Assembly (NCBI GenBank): GCA_963741535.1
Contig: CAVUIP010000009.1
Location: 51,457-115,456 of the forward strand
Reading direction: 5' to 3'
DNA: 64,000 nucleotides
From: an uncultured Chitinophagaceae bacterium
Lineage (GTDB): Bacteria; Bacteroidota; Bacteroidia; Chitinophagales; Chitinophagaceae
The notes under the pieces are model-generated. The model worked only from the letters and a program-made list of their open reading frames with translations. It had not been told where the DNA came from and ran no database searches. Made by a program: the position numbers and the translations under genes. Positions 60,964-64,000 of the stretch are shown here, in pieces. The number at the start of each line of letters is the position of its first letter. Positions within the stretch are counted from its first letter, which is position 1.

Positions 60964-61566
60964 AATACAAAGTGAAAACAATTGCCGGGCTTCAGCTGTC
61001 GTTTAGTTGACGAAAAAGAAGAGTTATTGCCAGGAGCAGATAAAATAAAAATACTTATTTTGATTACCTGTAAAATAAAACGGCTCGCTTTTTTTTATTC
61101 TTTGGTGATCGCTGGCTGCTAACCTTGGTAATGGCATTTGAACCTTAGTATAAATTTGTATTACAAATTTCGTTAACCTTAGTAGCTTATTTTAAATTAA
61201 CCAGTAAGAATACCAAAGACATTTTTAAACCCAATAATGTAATAAGGTTTATTAATTGATTATATCAATTTTCTACTAAGGTTTAACAAAGCGTATTTTA
61301 AAATAGATGCTGCTCATTTTTTTGCAGGTGAAAGACCTGATGTGATTATTCTGAATACTTCCCGTAACATTCTTATTCATTTTTAATTTAAACCACAATT
61401 AAAGTTCCCCAATGTTATAATAGTACAAGTGAGTCCCGAGGCAGCACACAAAAATCTCTCTCAGGATTTGTAATAACACATCCCTGCCTGACTGCCTCAA
61501 GCAGACAGGGATGTTCCTCATTGCTTCTTAGCCCAGACAAAAAAATACGACACATTATATTATTCT

Positions 61567-61923
61567 TTACATACTATTTGCAACAAGCTTTTTTATTTGA
61601 TGCGTATGTTTTAATTCTCTCTCTAAAAAATAATTTAGAACAGTACGGATAGTGGCAATGGCTGCCAGTTTGCCAATATCATCCCAGCTTGGTGCCACGG
61701 CAGTTGCCAGCACATCCGCACCCAGTAAAAGTTCTAATGCTACTGCAACGGCACTTCCAAATTTTATCCTGGCCTGCTCTGCCGTTAAATTTATTTTTTC
61801 TTTTGACAGTGAATTAAAATAATTAAATATCAACTGCAGCAATCCTGTTGCAATTACTAAAGCCGAAATAATTTCGAGGGTATGGCTTACATAAATGGTT
61901 ATTGTTTTTGCAATGGCTTCCAT
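61567..61923 (-). CDS. DUF1622 membrane protein
   Basis: ALELLLGADVL.T...PSW..IG.L..IA.IRT.LNYFL.RE. Confidence 0.9.
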   Translation of the reverse strand: MEAIAKTITIYVSHTLEIISALVIATGLLQLIFNYFNSLSKEKINLTAEQARIKFGSAVAVALELLLGADVLATAVAPSWDDIGKLAAIATIRTVLNYFLERELKHTHQIKKLVANSM

Positions 61924-61931
61924 GTAAATTA

Positions 61932-62642
61932 TTATTTAAAAATTAATGCAAACGACAATAGTGCTCCAATAATATTTAACAGGCTGTGTGTGTAAATACC
62001 CACCCTTAAATCTTTTGTTTTCCATACCAAAAACGTCATGGGCAATAATGAAATCATTAGCGTTAGCCAGATGTAGGGTTGCCAAAAATGATACAAAGAA
62101 AAAAGAAGGGCATTTACAACAAATGCCCATTTACCCCAGGCTGCCATCCTTGGTAACAAATAGCCACGAAAATAAAATTCTTCAATAACCGGGGCTAAAA
62201 AACCATTCAATATTAAATTGAGTATTAAAGTTATTAGAATAATTTGTTTGCTATAACCCTTAAAATCCTGTGTGGTGTACCAATGAGGAAGCCAGCTAAA
62301 AAAATTTTGCGTAATTATTTCATTTAAGGGTTGTGTGATGCCCCAAACTAAAAAAGAAAAAATCACCAGGCCGGAAATATACAATACTAACTTTGCTGCC
62401 GGAAGTTTTTTGTTGTAATCATTCAGCTCTGTAATGGTTGAATAATTTTCTTTTTTTCTTGCTTTGTTTAAATGTACTATCAATATGGGAATGGCCGCAA
62501 TTACAATAACAAGCAATAAACTAAATTGCGGCGGATACTGGTTTTTTAATAAAACAGGAGCCAGTAAAATAAAACATAAACTAATAAATACTCCTGGATA
62601 AAGGTGATATAAAACTGACGTTGGTTTGCTTAGCTGTTTCAT
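61932..62642 (-). CDS. CPBP (CAAX protease-like) intramembrane metalloprotease
   Basis: EEFYFRG, FSLYH, H...N. Confidence 0.88.
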   Translation of the reverse strand: MKQLSKPTSVLYHLYPGVFISLCFILLAPVLLKNQYPPQFSLLLVIVIAAIPILIVHLNKARKKENYSTITELNDYNKKLPAAKLVLYISGLVIFSFLVWGITQPLNEIITQNFFSWLPHWYTTQDFKGYSKQIILITLILNLILNGFLAPVIEEFYFRGYLLPRMAAWGKWAFVVNALLFSLYHFWQPYIWLTLMISLLPMTFLVWKTKDLRVGIYTHSLLNIIGALLSFALIFK

Positions 62643-62648
62643 ACTAAA

Positions 62649-64000
62649 CTATTGAATCTGCATTAATTTTTCTGCCTTGGTTGAATTTGTTTTTAAAACA
62701 TTATTAATGATGTGCTCTCCCACACGCAATGCATTTGCTGCAATGGTTAATGCCGGATTAAATGCCCCGCAGCTTGGGAAAAAACTTGCATCAACCACAT
62801 ACACATTTTCCAGGTCGTGTGTTTTGCAATGTAAATCCAGTACCGATGTGGAAGGATTTTTTCCAAACCGTAATGTGCCGTTTTGATGGCTCATGCCGCT
62901 TACATCCAAATCGTAACCACCCCATTGTACTTCTTTATAATCATCATCAAATTCTCCAAGTTTTTCAAAAACCTGTTTCAGTTTATCTTTTAGTTTTTCA
63001 AATGCTGTGTAATTTGTTCTTGTGTAATCAACTTTAATTGAACCATCATTTTTTAAGGTAACCCTGTTTTCAGGCGAGGGTAAATCTTCTGCCGTTAACC
63101 AAAAATCTATCGTCATTTCTTTTAATTGGGCGTAAGTTTTTCCGGGAGCAATTTTTTGGGCCATCCATAAAATGGTATCGGGATCGTTGCGGCCCATCAA
63201 TTGAATTTCTCCTAATGGAAATTCGCTGTCATCAGCCTCATGATAAAAATCGGCGAGACCCAAACTTTTTTGAAACACACAATCGTTTTTCTTTTTTGTA
63301 AATGCCACCAGGCAGCCATTGTGATGCAGCATTAAATTTCTGCCCACCTGGCCGGATGAATTGGCAAGACCACCCGGATGTATATCATTGGCGCTGCGTA
63401 AAAACAAAGCCGCACTGTTTACGGCACCACAGGCAACAATAATTATATCTGCACTAAAAATAATTTCTTCGCCTTCTACTATGGCAACCACTGCAATTAT
63501 TTTTTTCCCGTTTTTATCTGTTATTAATTTTTCGGCATAAGCATGTGTAAGCATTGTTACATTTTCATTCCTTAGTGCATTATTTAATGCGGAGGTTTGT
63601 GCATCTGCTTTGGAGTCTGTTGGATCTGGGAAGCCATCAAAATTTTCCAGTAAAACAGGGGATGCGTTTTTATTATAATCCTGCGGAAGGTTTACACCCA
63701 TAGGAAGGGGAAAAGGTTGTAACCCAATTTGCATGAGCTTACTGTTTAAATCTTTTATCAATGGTTCGTAAGGCAATGCCGGCAATGGATAGGGCATGGA
63801 TGCTGGTGGTTCTGTTGGGTCGGCACCACGCCTGCCATGTACATGATACATTTTTTCTGCAACATCATAATAGGGTGATAAGGTTTCGTATCCAAAAGGC
63901 CATGCCGGGCTTATGCCTCCATAATGTTTTACTTCTGCAAAATCACTTTCTCTAAAACGAAACATGGCAGCACCATACACTTTACTGTTGCCGCCTACGT
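62649..64000 (-). CDS. GMC family oxidoreductase (5' end outside the window)
   Basis: GAVNSA.L.LRS, GRNLM.H, HQNGT.RFG, NVYVVDASFFPS, NPALTI.ANALRV. Confidence 0.92.
   Translation of the reverse strand, partial: VGGNSKVYGAAMFRFRESDFAEVKHYGGISPAWPFGYETLSPYYDVAEKMYHVHGRRGADPTEPPASMPYPLPALPYEPLIKDLNSKLMQIGLQPFPLPMGVNLPQDYNKNASPVLLENFDGFPDPTDSKADAQTSALNNALRNENVTMLTHAYAEKLITDKNGKKIIAVVAIVEGEEIIFSADIIIVACGAVNSAALFLRSANDIHPGGLANSSGQVGRNLMLHHNGCLVAFTKKKNDCVFQKSLGLADFYHEADDSEFPLGEIQLMGRNDPDTILWMAQKIAPGKTYAQLKEMTIDFWLTAEDLPSPENRVTLKNDGSIKVDYTRTNYTAFEKLKDKLKQVFEKLGEFDDDYKEVQWGGYDLDVSGMSHQNGTLRFGKNPSTSVLDLHCKTHDLENVYVVDASFFPSCGAFNPALTIAANALRVGEHIINNVLKTNSTKAEKLMQIQ

Overview
AT-rich bacterial chromosomal DNA, very probably Bacteroidota (Chitinophagaceae-like), inferred from the protein families and TAnnTTTG promoters. 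Many single-base frameshifts point to an unpolished long-read or MAG consensus. From 1 to 54.5 kb nearly all genes are on the + strand. A peptide/D-amino-acid hydrolase cluster (2.6-13.3 kb and 37.6-43.3 kb) is interrupted by about 24 kb of paralog arrays: three MEVHHH membrane proteins with two unannotated small ORFs, two TPR/3-TM proteins, and four histidine kinases with a shared transmitter, followed by a receiver and a receiver-adenylate cyclase. Two toxin-antitoxin-like pairs, a Bro-N gene and a beta-barrel gene are interleaved in this stretch. Then come an ECF sigma cluster, a MarR/thioredoxin unit, a sigma54 activator and a minus-strand redox cluster. Main observations: (i) each of the four kinases carries a short DNA palindrome read in frame in a HATPase loop, and one of these palindrome families also occurs intergenically and in another gene; (ii) two cargo genes are flanked by duplicated 3' ends of the upstream paralog; (iii) MITEs are nested, one with a perfect 9-bp target duplication; (iv) a signal-peptide protein ends in an Hcp-like domain. 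No rRNA, tRNA, CRISPR array, transposase or integrase was seen. All family assignments come from motif recognition by eye, not from database searches.
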